Below, in pieces: positions 50,801 to 64,000 of a DNA stretch of 64,000 bases (within the stretch, counting starts at the first letter, position 1; every line of letters starts with the position of its first letter). The position numbers were made by a program, and so were the translations under genes. The notes beneath the pieces are model-generated. The model worked only from the letters and a program-made list of their open reading frames with translations. It ran no database searches and was not told the origin of the DNA. Origin of the DNA: Haliotis rubra (taxonomy: Eukaryota); assembly GCF_003918875.1 (NCBI RefSeq), contig NW_025766270.1, positions 868,001 to 932,000 on the forward strand, given 5' to 3'.

Positions 50801-53800
50801 TTTCCATGGTAGTGGTGGCCGTGGCAACAAGAGGGCCCAGCTGCGACAATGTCTGCGTCTGATGAGAAGTGTAGTGTCCACAGAGAATGAGATGGTTCTG
50901 CAGGACATGGCTGACCAGGGGGCAGTAAACCAGCTCATAGGTAAACCAGAGATACTCTGGGTATTATATGTAGTTGTGCAGAAATATCCATACACATCTG
51001 CTCACAGCTATCAGCAAACTGGCTGGTGCTAAAACAGCGTATAGGGTGAAACCATTCAGAGCTGCCAGCTTGCTGGTCAGGAACTTGCAACACTTTCACA
51101 AATAGATTATCACGGTGAAAACAACTAGATTGCCACCAAGGGAGATAACTGTAAATGATCAAGCCACCACAGTTGATGGATCATGGTTCAAGAGAATGAT
51201 TATTCAGTCTTACCATATATATTGGTTGTGAACGTTTTACCAAGAAATGAGAATTTGTTTTCGTTTGTCAGTTACATAAACATCGTGTTTGTTAGGATAC
51301 AATGTGATTCATATTGTGTCGATTTTAATGGTCCTAGAACTCACCTGCATGATTTGTGTAAGAGTGCTCCAAATTAACATTAATATAGATTATGTGTACG
51401 ATTGCTTCAGGTATACTCAATGCTGCATTTGGCCCGGGAAAGGGTCAAGATGATGTGATTGGTATTGAGATGCAGTCGGACATCTTGTTCATTCTGTCTA
51501 CATTGTGTGATGGGGACATGCACAGAAAGGTAAGTACTCACCTGAACAAATGTTGGAACAAAATACTTTATTAACTGCATCAATTGACTCCAGAAATCAG
51601 AAGCTTTAATACTTTAAATACTGAATGTAGTGTGATATAGTTGTGTGTGTGTGTACTTCTGTAGATAACCATATAACTGGGAGAAGGCATGTTCCTTATC
51701 TGTATTTCCTTTGTACTTTATTTTGTTATGATTGGTTTGTGTGCAGGAGTTGTTTGGCAACCAAGGTGTGGATATTGTTGTGGAGTACCTCAAGACCAAC
51801 ACCAAGCTGCTCAACAGTGGACTGGGACATCACAGACTTCTCCTGGCAGCTGTAGACTGTGCCTGGTGAGTCACCTGCAACATGGCAGCCGCCACTCATA
51901 GACATTGACCACAGGTCTATAACAATGTGTAGTTAATCACCTTCATAAACCTGATTAGATCTTGATCTCTTAAACCATAAACAATACATTATTAGACATT
52001 CACAGAGTTTGTGTTCCCTTTTGTATATCTATGATGAATATGTTTATTTTACAATGTAAACAAATGTAAATTTTCAAATTGTATAATCTTGATTAAAAGA
52101 CAACAAAACTTAAGTATGTTACTCCTTTTGTGATTAATCAGTCAGCAAACTGGATTATTTCATCAATGGAAAGACCAAACAAGAGAGTACTTAGAGTCAA
52201 GGTATGTCTCTGTTGCAGGTGTGCTGTAGTGGGCTGCTACTCCACAGAAGACTACTTTCTGGAGAGAGAGGGTGTGTTCCTTCTGGTGGACCTTCTTGAG
52301 GTCTGCCCAAAGAACATGCACAACCTCATCCTGGGCTGCCTGCTGGATCTATGTGAGAACCCGAAGACAGTGAACCATGTGCTCACCTGGCGGGGCAAGA
52401 ACAATTCCACAGCAGCTCACCTCCTGTGTGAAATATGGAGGGCAGAGGAAATGGAGATCGGGGCACGCAGGGATACCCATGGGGCTATCACAGGTGCTCT
52501 ATACATTTTGTAGCCTGGTCATTAGGCTTTGAGGTCTGAATGAGCATTCTTTGTAGGTTCATAACTTTCCACTAACTGAATGTATTCCTTTGAGTGCCAA
52601 GGGCCCGTTTCACAAAGCGATCATAATGCTAAGTAGATCGTAACTCCCTTACTTTAACATAGACTTTCAACAGCGCTACGAACGGGCCCCAGGACAAGTG
52701 AGGCATGTGTGAAAACATCATGTAATCTGCTGTATTTTGTTCCATACCCGTGTTCAACATTTTCACATTAATTGCATTCAGCTCTCCTAAATTTTCTATA
52801 GTTCAGTGCATTGCCATGGTTTTATGTTTGTCAATTACACTATAATACTACATTTTGGCATGTCTGCAGATATCAAGCGTCCTCTAATGGGACAAATGCA
52901 AGCAGAGCTTGGTGTTATTCCCCTACCAGCCAGATGTCCCAGTCAGTCAATCGTTGACGTGTACGAGAACATGCGAGCCAAAATCTACTCTGTGTTCTGT
53001 AAGATTGGCTTCACAGACCTGCCTGGACTCTGTGTAGAGGACCATGTGACTCTCACCATCATTGAGAAATACCTCGACTTCAAGCAGGGTGAAGTATGGA
53101 CTGAGATCATCACAGAGCTTGAAACAGAGAGGATGCGTCCTGTTACTCCTGACATGGAGGCCATTGAGGCTATATCTCGAGCTGTGGAAGAGCGAGCTGC
53201 AATTGTGGCCAGCACCCAGGTTGAGCTGCTTGAGGCCCAGAAAAACCAGGATATGCTGGATGAGCAGGAGTTTTATGCAGAGGTGAGGGAATATCAGATA
53301 TTTTTTGAGAGGTGAGGGAATATCAGATATTTTTTGAGAGGTGAGGGAATATCAGATATTTTTGAGAGGTGGGGAATATTAGATATCTTTTTGAGAGGTG
53401 GGGTAATGGGAGCAGATGTTGTTGGAAATTTGAGGGGATAATAGCAGATGTTGTTGGAGAGGTGAAGGAATACTTGCAATATCATAAAGCCCATATGAAG
53501 ACAAACTATTAGTCTATTATGTACTAATGCGCCTTCCTCTCCAGAATAATTCTGATTAGATAACCATAGTTCAATGATGACTGTCATATGTTTAGATTCG
53601 AGAGAATCACCGCCAAAAGGAGAAGGCTTTGAGTGACTTCTCGGACTATGTGGCCCGCACATCCAATTACAGCCTCCTGAAGGTAAGCAGATCTATCAGC
53701 TTATTTCACAAAGGATCAAAATGGCATCATAGTTTACAATTCAGTTCACTTCAGTGCCACATCGTCATATGAGCGAAATATTCTCAAGCACGACGTTAAA

Positions 53801-54628
53801 CCCAATTTCACCTCACCACCTCACTTCAGTGCCATAGTTTGCATTTTGAAGGAATCTTTTTTGGATTAGTCATTCCTGTTTATATTGTGTGTATGTTTCC
53901 AGGCAGCCAAGGAGAGGCAAGAGATCTCCATTGATGCTTCAAGGGTACAGGGTGGCTACAAGAATGCGTAAGTATAGAAAATAACTTATTGGATCATGCC
54001 ATTTGGCATAAGCTGTTCTGTTACGTGTCAGGAGATTAAACTATTTCAGCATTATAGCAGGACCGTTGGTGATATAAGGGATGGCAACAGGAAAATCTAT
54101 TTTCAGCGGAAAACTTAAGATTGTGTCATCGAGTTGAGGGTTTCTCAATGGATTTAGATGATTCACAATTGAACAATTTGAAATAAAATCCACGGAAATC
54201 CGCGGATCAGTGGAAAATTGCCATCCCTGATATTGGTGTTATAATTTTTTATTTTACTTTTTTCCAGGGAAACATTCCACAATACAGACCTGCAAAATCT
54301 TCAAACTACAGTGAGTACACAGTTGTCTCCCTTTGACCAGTGCTTGGAAGCAATGCAAAATTGAAGCCTTTAGTTACTTCTGTATCAGTCACGTGTCAGC
54401 ACACATAGAACTGCATTTTTTCATTTGTTTTGAGAACAATATATTGGCACCTTTTATGTTTGCATGCTATCACAATTGTTCACCATTATGTTTTGTTACC
54501 AGACATTCAGTGGGCGGCACATCGTAGTGGAGAGCACCCCGGTCAATCTGGCCCAGGCCTCTCTGACAGCATATGACCCCAACAACCTTCCCAACAAGAT
54601 CCTCATACAGAAGCATCTCACTATATGA
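37297..54628 (+). CDS. CFAP69: cilia- and flagella-associated protein 69; 20 exons: 37297-37419, 41335-41397, 42495-42560, 43126-43312, 43655-43753, 44454-44527, 44856-44934, 45788-45965, 46708-46883, 49390-49511, 49981-50200, 50776-50940, 51411-51529, 51747-51865, 52219-52493, 52870-53282, 53596-53682, 53903-53967, 54268-54310, 54503-54628; 932 aa
   Basis: All exon phases join into one 2799-nt ORF. Recognisable CFAP69 segments: IPVV...TDDD, PVNLNRVIKLL, QVFKILNVC, KICSLPYLKEKSSDE, LFRSVDILWNLLE, SHYDRQLRND, EVKSHN, EDFEMKK, AQFEELQL, ENMRAKIYS, KYLDFKQGEVW. Confidence 0.93.
37394..37585. repeat. 96-bp tandem duplication spanning the CFAP69 exon 1 donor
   Basis: CAGACGATGACATCGGCATGCTTCAGGTGAGG...TTGCGAATCC twice. 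Confidence 0.92.
41509..41867. mobile_element. PIF/Harbinger (Tourist-like) MITE
   Basis: TIR GGGACCGTTCATAATTTATGGC / GCCATAAATTATGAATGGTCCC, TAA TSD; partial copy near 49009-49215. Confidence 0.82.
42172..42273. mobile_element. short foldback MITE
   Basis: GGGCCTAGATTTT...AAAATCTAGGCCC; a related element with GGGCCC ends lies at about 52601-52689. Confidence 0.65.
42561..43125 (+). other. U12-type (minor spliceosome) GT-AG intron 3 of CFAP69
   Basis: 5' site GTATCCTTT; branch TCCTTAAT at 43109-43116, ending 9 nt before the intron end; no polypyrimidine tract. Confidence 0.85.
43559..43648. repeat. 21-bp tandem repeat (about 4 copies) abutting the exon 5 acceptor
   Basis: CCTATTTGGAGTAAGTCTATT. 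Confidence 0.9.
46055..46195 (+). mobile_element. SINE family 1
   Basis: A/B boxes, body and tail. Confidence 0.85.
46995..47096. repeat. perfect 37-bp inverted repeat with 28-nt loop (Penelope-like terminus)
   Basis: ATGTCCAAGATATTTTTATGGATTAAACTTCTTTTTT and its reverse complement. Confidence 0.85.
47461..48735. repeat. compound microsatellite (ACACACACTGAAAC / ACAAGCACACTGAAAC)n
   Basis: Direct; source of the spurious C/V/F/S-rich ORFs. Confidence 0.97.
53280..53405. repeat. 29-bp tandem repeat seeded on the CFAP69 exon 16 donor
   Basis: GAGGTGAGGGAATATCAGATATTTTTTGA, about 4 copies. Confidence 0.9.
53760..53820 (+). mobile_element. 5'-truncated retroposon tail (family 3) with 14-bp TSD
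   Basis: ACGACGTTAAACCCAATTTCACCTCAC, also at about 575-608; TSD TCACTTCAGTGCCA. Confidence 0.65.
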
Positions 54629-55061
54629 TTTCACTGCAGGTAATGTTGTCCAGAAAAATTCTCAACGAGATCAAAAAGTTTTTATATTTCTGCTATTAGG
54701 GTTATTGACATTTGGCAAACTCATAAATGTATAAAATAGTTTCTAATTTTTTTATTACAGATCAAAAGAAACTGTGTGAAAAGTAAAGAAGAGGAGGTGA
54801 AGTATCTGTGATACATGACAGTTTTGTCAGCAGCTTTGTAAATATATGTGAATAATAGCTGTAGGAATGCTGTAGTGTCTTCTGGAAAATGATACCCTTA
54901 CAATATGAAAACTGAGGATATATTTGTTTCACCATATAAATTTATCTTTGTTAAGTGTGAAAATCTGCTTATCAATTATGAAAAAACCCAACTGGTTTAA
55001 GTTTGAAACTATTTGTTAAAACGGAAAGAATCCTTGTATTTGTTACAATGTCAGTGTACAT

Positions 55062-55067
55062 AATAAA
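55062..55067 (+). terminator. candidate polyadenylation signal of CFAP69
   Basis: AATAAA followed by T-rich sequence, about 300 nt into the putative last UTR exon. Confidence 0.55.
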
Positions 55068-56989
55068 TAATTTATAACAAACCCTTGTTTACTTCATTCT
55101 GCAATTTATTCACGATGTTGTCTGAACATGCTTCCAGTCAGTCCCTAAACATGTGAACATTGGCTGTCACCTTCCGACCACACCCACACAAGCTGGAGGA
55201 GTAGGAATTTACTGGACCATAAAGCAAGCTCATGAGAAAAAACTGTTAAATGAGAATCAATTGAATTTGTCCATTTTGAAATATTGCAGCCAGGACATTG
55301 TGATTTGTCTAATTGCTCAATGACTGTTAAACAAATCCAACTCCTCCTGTGTCCTGACTGAATGGGTCGGATCCTCTTCCTCTTGATCTACTGACTGGAT
55401 ATACTGGATGATAGACATGTGCCATTGTCACAGTTGAAGGAGAAGCACCAGAAGGGGGCCATTTTCAGTCAGGATTCTGGTGAGGGTTATAGACACCAAG
55501 GCAGGTACATCGGTGGTGGCTCAGAAAATACCAGTAAGTGGCACTCCATGACCGATCCAGCTGCTCATTACCTTTCTGATTACAGAACTACTGACATTGG
55601 GGCAAATTATTAGGATTTATTATTGATATAACCTTTAACAACTTTTGCTTCTATACTATTCAGCATTCATATTTCTGAGCCAGCCACCTATGGTTATAAA
55701 TAGCTAGGTTATATACACTCTAGATCTATTTGATCGACCATCAAGTATCTAACACTGAGAAAATGCTGTATAATGGTAGAATACATGAAGGGTAAAACAT
55801 ACATGATAAAACTTCAATAATCAACATGATATATACTAGATACTACTGTGTGTCGGGAATCAACATTGTGCTAGGACTATCAACAGAGTAATGCTCAACC
55901 AACAGTCTCCACACAACCTTTGGTAACAACCCAGGGACTGACCACAGTGATCGGAAGACACAAGCCTCACTGTCTGTAAACCTGGTCTACAAAAAAAAAC
56001 AAAACTACCGACTTCTGATTCATAAGCTCTCATCACAGCTGTGTAATTTTTTCCCGTCCATGAAACAAATTTGAAAATGTTTTCTTCATTATTAATTGAG
56101 CAATAGATAATACTGTTCTAGAACAAGCACTCTGAGGACATTGGTACAAAATATATATAGCTTTCTCCACCCTTGGATTACGTCTTACACCTACAGATGT
56201 TTTTGGTCAGATGTGTTTTGATGTTGATCTAAGCTGGTCATGAGTAGACAAAATAGTTTGTTTCTTTTACACATGGGGGATGCTTTTTGTTGCAGTCAGC
56301 AATATTACAGCTACGAGCCTCGTACATCGTGGCAGTAAGACAGTAATAACCATCGATGTACAATGACACACAGTCAGGTGTAACAACCTGATGCTTAGTT
56401 CTTACGAGTATGGTGTGTTCAGTCCACTGACATACATTGTCAGCTGTGTAAAAAGACTACTGGGGCAAGTTCCCCCTCTTGTAATAGTAAGCTGCTACTG
56501 TAATCCCCACATCATTCTTCTACTGAGGTTTAATCAAGACTTCAGTACGGAAACTCATCACAACTAAATAAATGCATAAAAAGTAGGTCCATAAATTTGC
56601 ACTTAATTTAAGAGTGGAAAGAGAAAATATAAATAGGTCTCTCCAAATCATAGATAATGCAAGTAAACTCTGGACAGAAAGCCCGACTGGAATCCTGGTG
56701 TGATCAGTGCATAGATCTAACATAGAGTTGTAAAATGGGCAACCACGGCACAGTAAAGGTGATAATACCTAGAGACAGGCATGTACATATATATTCTATA
56801 GATACTCCCGGTCTGTTGTATACAGATCACATAGTACACACTGGATCACAGACAAGGGACTCCCTGGGTGACAGATACATCCATACACAACATCTACAGC
56901 ATTAAGTAATCAGTGCAGACACAGGGCAGGCAGGTACCGGAGCTATTACAACCTCTGGAATAGGCAAACACAAACAAACCTGTTCCACT

Positions 56990-59260
56990 TAACTAGCCAG
57001 GGTTGGGTAAGCTAGGTAAATGTTTGACCATCAATATAACTTGTTCTAGTTAACTGCTTGGGTTGGTAAGCTTTGTTTAATGTTTGACCATCAATATAAC
57101 TTGTTCTAGTTAACTGCTTGGGTTGGTAAGCTTTGTTTAATGTTTGACCATTAATATAACTTGTTCTGGTTAACTTGTTCTGCTTTGTTTTAACCATGCT
57201 TGGCTTGGGTTGGTAAGCTTTGTTTAATGTTGGACCATTAATATAACTTGTTCTAGTTAACTGCTTGGGTTGGTAAGCTTTGTTTAATGTTGGACCATTA
57301 ATATAACTTGTTCTAGTTAACTGCTTGGGTTGGTAAGCTTTGTTTAATGTTGGACCATCAATATAACTTGTTCTAGTTAACTGCTTGGGTTGGTAAGCTT
57401 TGTTTAATGTTGGACCATCAATATAACTTGTTCTAGTTAACTGCTTGGGTTGGTAAGCTTTGTTTAATGTTGGACCATCAATATAACTTGTTCTAGTTAA
57501 CTGCTTGGGTTGGTAAGCTTTGTTTAATGTTTGACCATCAATATAACTTGTTCTAGTTAACTGCTTGGGTTGGTAAGCTTTGTTTAATGTTTGACCATTA
57601 ATTGTAAACTTGTTCCATTAATATTAAACTGCTTGGGTTGGTAAGCTTTGTTTAATGTTGGACCATTAATAATATAACTTGTTCTAGTTAACTGCTTGGG
57701 TTGGTAAGCTTTGTTTAATGTTTGACCATCAATATAACTTGTTCTAGTTAACTGCTTGGGTTGGTAAGCTTTGTTTAATGTTGGACCATTAATGTAACTT
57801 GTTCTAGTTAACTGCTTGGGTTGGTAAGCTTTGTTTAATGTTGGACCATTAATATAACTTGTTCTAGTTAACTGCTTGTTGGTAAGCTTTGTTTAATGTT
57901 GGACCATTAATGTAACTTGTTCTAGTTAACTGCTTGGGTTGGTAAGCTTTGTTTAATGTTGGACCATCAATATAACTTGTTCTAGTTAACTGCTTGGGTT
58001 GGTAAGCTTTGTTTAATGTTGGACCATCAATATAACTTGTTCTAGTTAACTGCTTGGGTTGGTAAGCTTTGTTTAATGTTGGACCATTAATATAACTTGT
58101 TCTGGTTAACTGCTTGGGTTGGTAAGCTTTGTTTAATGTTGGACCATCAATATAACTTGTTCTAGTTAACTGCTTGGGTTGGTAAGCTTTGTTTAATGTT
58201 GGACCATTAATATAACTTGTTCTAGTTAACTGCTTGGGTTGGTAAGCTTTGTTTAATGTTGGACCATTAATATAACTTGTTCTAGTTAACTGCTTGCTTG
58301 GTTGGTAGCTTTGTTTAATGTTTGGACCATCAATATAACTTGTTCTAGTTAACTGCTTGGGTTGGTAAGCTTTGTTTAATGTTGGACCATTAATGTAACT
58401 TGTTCTGGTTAACTGCTTGGGTTGGTAAGCTTTGTTTAATGTTGGACCATTAATATAACTTGTTCTAGTTAACTGCTTGGGTTGGTAAGCTTTGTTTAAT
58501 GTTTGACCATCAATATAACTTGTTCTAGTTAACTGCTTGGGTTGGTAAGCTTTGTTTAATGTTGGACCATCAATATAACTTGTTCTAGTTAACTGCTTGG
58601 GTTGGTAAGCTTTGTTTAATGTTGGACCATTAATATAACTTGTTCTAGTTAACTGCTTGGGTTGGTAAGCTTTGTTTAATGTTTGACCATCAATATAACT
58701 TGTTCTAGTTCTGCTTGTTAACTTTAATGCAATATAACTTGTTCTAGTTAACTGCTTGGGTTGGTAAGCTTTGTTTAATGTTGGACCATCAATATAACTT
58801 GTTCTAGTTAACTGCTTGGGTTGGTAAGCTTTGTTTAATGTTTGACCATCAATATAACTTGTTCTGGTTAACTGCTTGGGTTGGTAAGCTTTGTTTAATG
58901 TTGGACCATCAATATAACTTGTTCTAGTTAACTGCTTGGGTTGGTAAGCTTTGTTTAATGTTGGACCATTAATGTAACTTGTTCTAGTTAACTGCTTGGG
59001 TTGGTAAGCTTTGTTTAATGTTTGACCATCAATATAACTTGTTCTAGTTAACTGCTTGGGTTGGTAAGCTTTGTTTAATGTTTGACCATCAATATAACTT
59101 GTTCTAGTTAACTGCTTGGGTTGGTAAGCTTTGTTTAATGTTTGACCATCAATATAACTTGTTCTGGTTAACTGCTTGGGTTGGTAAGCTTTGTTTAATG
59201 TTGGACCATTAATGTAACTTGTTCTGGTTAACTAGCCAGGGTTGGGTAATCTATGTTAAA
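56990..59260. repeat. 60-bp satellite, about 37 units
   Basis: AATATAACTTGTTCTAGTTAACTGCTTGGGTTGGTAAGCTTTGTTTAATGTTGGACCATC. Confidence 0.97.
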
Positions 59261-60683
59261 TGTTTGGTAGGCTTTATGAAATGTGACAAAATAATTCACA
59301 ACCATTCATTAGGACTTGAAAAAGTTTCATTAATATGTATTAGTTTCATTTTCATTGAAAACATCCAATTAGTATAATTGTTTGAACCATTTTACAGTAA
59401 CACCAAAAAGTAACAAACACAATAGATGACATTCTTATTGAAACGTGGATGAAGCTACCTGCATACTTGTATCATTTCCAGCCCAGCTGCATGGAATGTG
59501 CTTCACCTAACCCTACACATACATGTACATATTGGGGGTTTCTCTTTTTCAACAACCAAATTTGGGGTGATAGCATTTTTGGGTCCCAAGGGCTAAGTAA
59601 TGGCAGCAACATTCATTGAAGATAACGTCTTGAAGGCTCACAGGTTTACAGGCTTGTAAATTCATTGATGGAATATGCATGGTTCTATTTTATTCAACGC
59701 TTATGTATATGTTTGATTTGTTGATTCAGCACTTGTGTAGGAAGTAATCCTCCAAGAATGATACTATCTGTGGCTAGCTTCCAAGTATCAGCAGTGATCT
59801 TCAGCACTTAAACGATAAGTAACCCAGAAACAGACTGGTTAATAATATATATGTACAATTTCAACAATTAAACATTTTCTTAATAAAATGAGATAAAATT
59901 ACAGGTGGAATTCTTATAAAATGACATTTACCTATCTGAAACTTGATCTGTATATTACAAAGTCAAGGTGCAAGATTGCATGGTGTGTTTCTAATTTTAT
60001 CCCACTTGATTATATTGTATTTAACTAATACATGCTGTGTAGGTTAAAAAGTAGGCAAATGTCATCTCTTATCGGTATACATGTAGACCATGTTTCTGTT
60101 TATCACTGAGGATTAAACATACTTTGAAGTCTTAATGAAATCAAACTGCAATATGCTAAACAGCACATTCAACATAGAGTGTTGACACAACGTGATCTTG
60201 CACACTTAATAAACCATTTTTCTGGGCAGTGAATCCATCATACCCCACTGAATCTTGACCTCAGACTTACAAGAGTGTTATGACTGCTTTGTGCACATGG
60301 GAGAAGGTCTGAGATAAGTGAGTGTAAAATTGGCTCCTTTATATACTGTCTGCACTGTGCTGCTATTCATAGTGACCTTTTCATGGAAAGGGATGTTTCA
60401 TCTGTGAGATGCATGTAACATTTGAGTTCACGTGATTAACTAAGGTCATCATGTACTTGGAATCAGAATCATAACACTACAGTGAGCTTGTGGGTTTCAT
60501 CACCTTTTGAATTTACCAGATACCAGAATTTACCTCCAGATTTTCCCGCTGATGATAATGCTAGGCTGATAATGTGCCAACAAGCTAAGGCAACGTGTAA
60601 CACTTGCTATGATACAGCACATATTAGGAATGGACTTACAGGGGGTTCTCAAGCTAACAAGGTGGTTCATGGATACATATGTA

Positions 60684-61994
60684 CAGTACAACCAGAAATT
60701 ATTGAGAATTTAAGATTGTAAAGATTTTTATTTTTTTCACTCATTACTCACGTATTAAATGTGAATATTAGCAGAACATAACTCCAGATTCAAAGACAGG
60801 TGAACAGTTAGTATTTTGTCAAGTCACCATGGGCAGCAATGCTGGCAGCAATGCTGGCTTCAATGCGGCGGGGCATACTACTGATCAAAGAAGTTAGAAA
60901 GTCGTGGTCCATGCTGTCCCAATATCGGACCACCTCTTCTTTCATTTCAGCAATATTTGTCAGATTTTTCTTATTGACACTTTCCTTCATAAGTCCCCAA
61001 ACATTTTCTATTGGATTTAGGTCAGGGCTATAGCTTGACCAATCTATAAATGTCCTATTTTGAGTCCAAAACCAGGCCTGTGAATGCTTTGAACGATGTT
61101 TTGGGTCGTTGTCCTGCTGGAAAATCCAAAAATTTCCATAGAACACGTGAGCAGATGGAAGTAAATGTCCCTCAGGAATATCTGTTTATCGTTCACTGTT
61201 CATATTCCCTTCAAATACACAGAGGGGTGTTGCCCCTAACACAGATATGCCACCCCAAACGTTAAATTTCGGACTGTACTTTGGGCGCTGATACAAAGGT
61301 TTTTCAGTTTGTTTGGTCCAAAATTTCAGTGTATTAGGAAACAGCCACACAGAACTTTCATCTGAGAAAATCGCATTGTCCCAGTTAAAATTTCTATGCT
61401 GTAAGCACCATTTCAACCTTCGCTCCTTTTGTTCAGGTTTCATGATCGGTGATGGAATTCCTCGACTTTTCTGCCAAACCATTGCATGCAGCTCAGTTCT
61501 AATTGTCTCCTTACAGACAGCCACAGTTCCTCTATCAATCATATCCAGCCTTAAGTTTTCTAAACTCCTTCGTTAGTTTTTAGAAACAAGAATACCAAGC
61601 CACCTCCTGTCACCGACAGTCAATTTTCTGGGCCTACCTGCGCCTCCCTGGTGCTCAATGCCATATCCATTTGCAATATTTTTCAAAACACGATAAACAG
61701 TGGACAAAGGGATACCTGTTCTACTTGAAATCACTTTAGCTGATCTGATGTCCTTGTTATAATGATCTAAAATCAACTTCATCTTCTCTAAATCATCCAT
61801 CCTGAGGATCACTGAAAATGTCGTCTGCTAGCAAGTAAACAAAGGGGGATAACTCTTCACAAACTAATGAAAAAGGATTAACGGAGTTGTCTCTCTTGAA
61901 TGAAACCAAGCACTTGATAGCTGGTCAAGGTTGTTTATACTAGAAATCCAATTAAACATATTCCTAAAATTCTGAATAATTTCTGGTCATACTA
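60684..61994 (-). mobile_element. Tc1/mariner (DD34E) transposon, degenerate
   Basis: Imperfect 28-bp TIRs CAGTACAACCAGAAATTATTGAGAATTT, TA flanks. Confidence 0.9.
60808..61800 (-). pseudogene. Tc1 transposase broken into three ORFs
   Basis: GAGRPRK, FSDES, QQDNDPKH...SPDLNPIE (34 spacing). Confidence 0.88.
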
Positions 61995-62699
61995 TAGTGA
62001 CTATAGATGTTTGGATAGGTTGATATGTGTGAGTACATGAAAAAGTTTTTAGCTATTTGGTCTGCTCTAATCCAAGCAATGCAATCTGTTATATTCATAC
62101 CTGATTGTGGCTTAAAGCAGCCAAAGTAGAAAATCAGTCAGGTCAAAGCAGGAACTTGGTCTTCCCTGGATCAATGTTTTAACCTGTCACACTTTTAAGC
62201 TTACAGTTTAAGGATTTTTTCCTTACCAAACAGCTCAATCCAAATATAAATAAATTTGTGGAACTAATATATTTGTATGTCATTTGGCATAAAACTGTGT
62301 TTGGTAGGTCGATTTAGTGGAAAATTTAGTGGTATCATTTTAGCAGGGTGTTTAGCATTACAGTAAATAGTATATATATATATATTTACTGCTGAGAATA
62401 TCTTTAGGAGTGTCATAGTTACAGCAATAACTGTTTTCTGAAGTTCAAGTGTCTTCTCCTTTTCCAAATCCTGCATAAGTTAAGAAGTTAATCAGTTTCT
62501 AGAAAATGTTAATATTATTTTCACTCCAGTCAGTGAAATCTGCAAACCAAACATTTGAACAGAAGCAAAGACTACAATATTGTATGACTTCTTACACAGT
62601 AGTGGCTGGAGGGGACCTAACTTGCAATAGGGGAAGGTAATGTTTGACGTATCAGACACATTAAGGAATCAACACAACAAACAGAGCAGATGTAAATAA

Positions 62700-63170
62700 A
62701 GATGGAGAGGGACAGAAAGATGGGGAAGATGTATGGAGACAGAGAAAGATGGGGAAGATGTATGGAGACAGAGAAAGATGGGGAAGATGTATGGAGACAG
62801 AGAAAGATGGGGAAGATGTATGGAGACAGAGAAATATGGGGAAGATGTATGGAGACAGAGAAAGATGGAGAGGTTGTATGGAGACAGAGGAAGATGTATG
62901 GAAATAATGGAGACAGAGAAAGATGGGGAAGATGTATGGAGACAGAGAAAGATGGGAAATATGTATGGAGACAGAAAGATGGAGGACGATGTATGGAGAC
63001 AGAAATATGGGGAAGATGTATGGAGACAGAGAAATATGGGGAAGATGTATGGAGACAGAGAAATATGGGGGAAGATGTATGGAGAAAGAGAAAGATGGGG
63101 GACGGCGTATGGAAATAGTGGAGACAGAGAAAGATGGGGAAGATGTATGGAAACAGAGAAAGATGGGGGT
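62700..63170. repeat. ~29-bp purine-rich minisatellite
   Basis: GATGGGGAAGATGTATGGAGACAGAGAAA. Confidence 0.95.
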
Positions 63171-64000
63171 GATGTGTGGAGAGTGAATAAATCGTGTCGC
63201 TTGCATCGTCAGTTACTGTAAACATTCCTTAACAATGAGCAATGAATGCATCACTCATATCCATGGTAACTGCAGTTGCATATAAAAATAATTTGTGGGT
63301 ATGATATACACATGGTCTAGATCAAATTCAACAATGAATACTTATAATCATAATAATAACATCACAAGTGACTGTACTCCCTATATGGTGTATGTTGGAT
63401 GATTGACAAGTATATATCTGAGCTTGCATATCTAATGAATAGCAGCATACAGTTGGACAACCAAACTGCCTGTAACCGAGGGGAAATATCCATGTTTAAT
63501 CAAGGCATCTGATACCAAATACTATGTTTTTAAAAATATAAACACTTGTATCCCAGAAGATTTGATAGGATCACTGTTTAGAATTCCCAATATTGTTGGT
63601 ACCAGTTGCCCTTCGCATGTCCAGAAGTCCCAACAGTGTGGCTGCACTGCAGCTTGCTATATTATAGAACACATCACAGAATTTCACAATGGTTTACACT
63701 ATATACAACACTCGGTGATGAATGGTGCTGAACTTAGATGAAGCTCTCATAGAATGTACAAGAATAAAGCTCTACACTCACAAGGCTGAAGCCCCCACAG
63801 AAAAATCAATGAAGTTTCCCCAGCTGCATGCTCAAGACAGAAGCTGGAAACCTCGACAACAAAGCAGCAATGTTTGTCTAAGCAGCTGTTTGGAGAACTT
63901 ACACAGCTAAATATCAAGAAGCCTCATTGTTTAACTCTTCATATTGGAATTTAAGCATTTTCTTTGAAATAGTAAGTTCTACAAGTTACATGATCTGACT

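Noticed and set aside
62264-62476. Possible minus-strand exon DLEKEKTLELQKTVIAV...
   Set aside because: Plausible acceptor, but no recognisable domain or partner exons in the window
62617-63225. Several ORFs on both strands
   Set aside because: Products of a 29-bp minisatellite

Overview
Eukaryotic, intron-rich and repeat-rich DNA from a marine invertebrate, probably a mollusc. The SINEs with (CACT)n tails look abalone-like, which is an inference. I could splice four protein-coding genes by hand with consistent GT-AG sites and phases. (1) A 4-exon secreted GM2-activator/ML-domain gene (+, 2512-10519) with an unusual C-terminal CTGWLC-G-RRRR tail; introns 1 and 2 each hold a Tc1 element. (2, 3) Two tandem paralogous secreted genes with signal peptide-PAN/apple-EGF-fibrinogen (FReD) architecture (-, 16031-20409 and 24671-28451), plus leftover fragments of further copies. 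(4) A complete 20-exon CFAP69 (+, 37297-54628, 932 aa) with a U12-type minor intron and a 3'UTR intron. The rest is four Tc1/mariner copies, a FLYWCH/MULE remnant, Penelope-like ends, many tRNA-SINEs and MITEs, several minisatellite or satellite arrays and two N gaps. A recurring pattern is tandem duplication seeded exactly on splice donors, leaving arrays of decoy splice sites.
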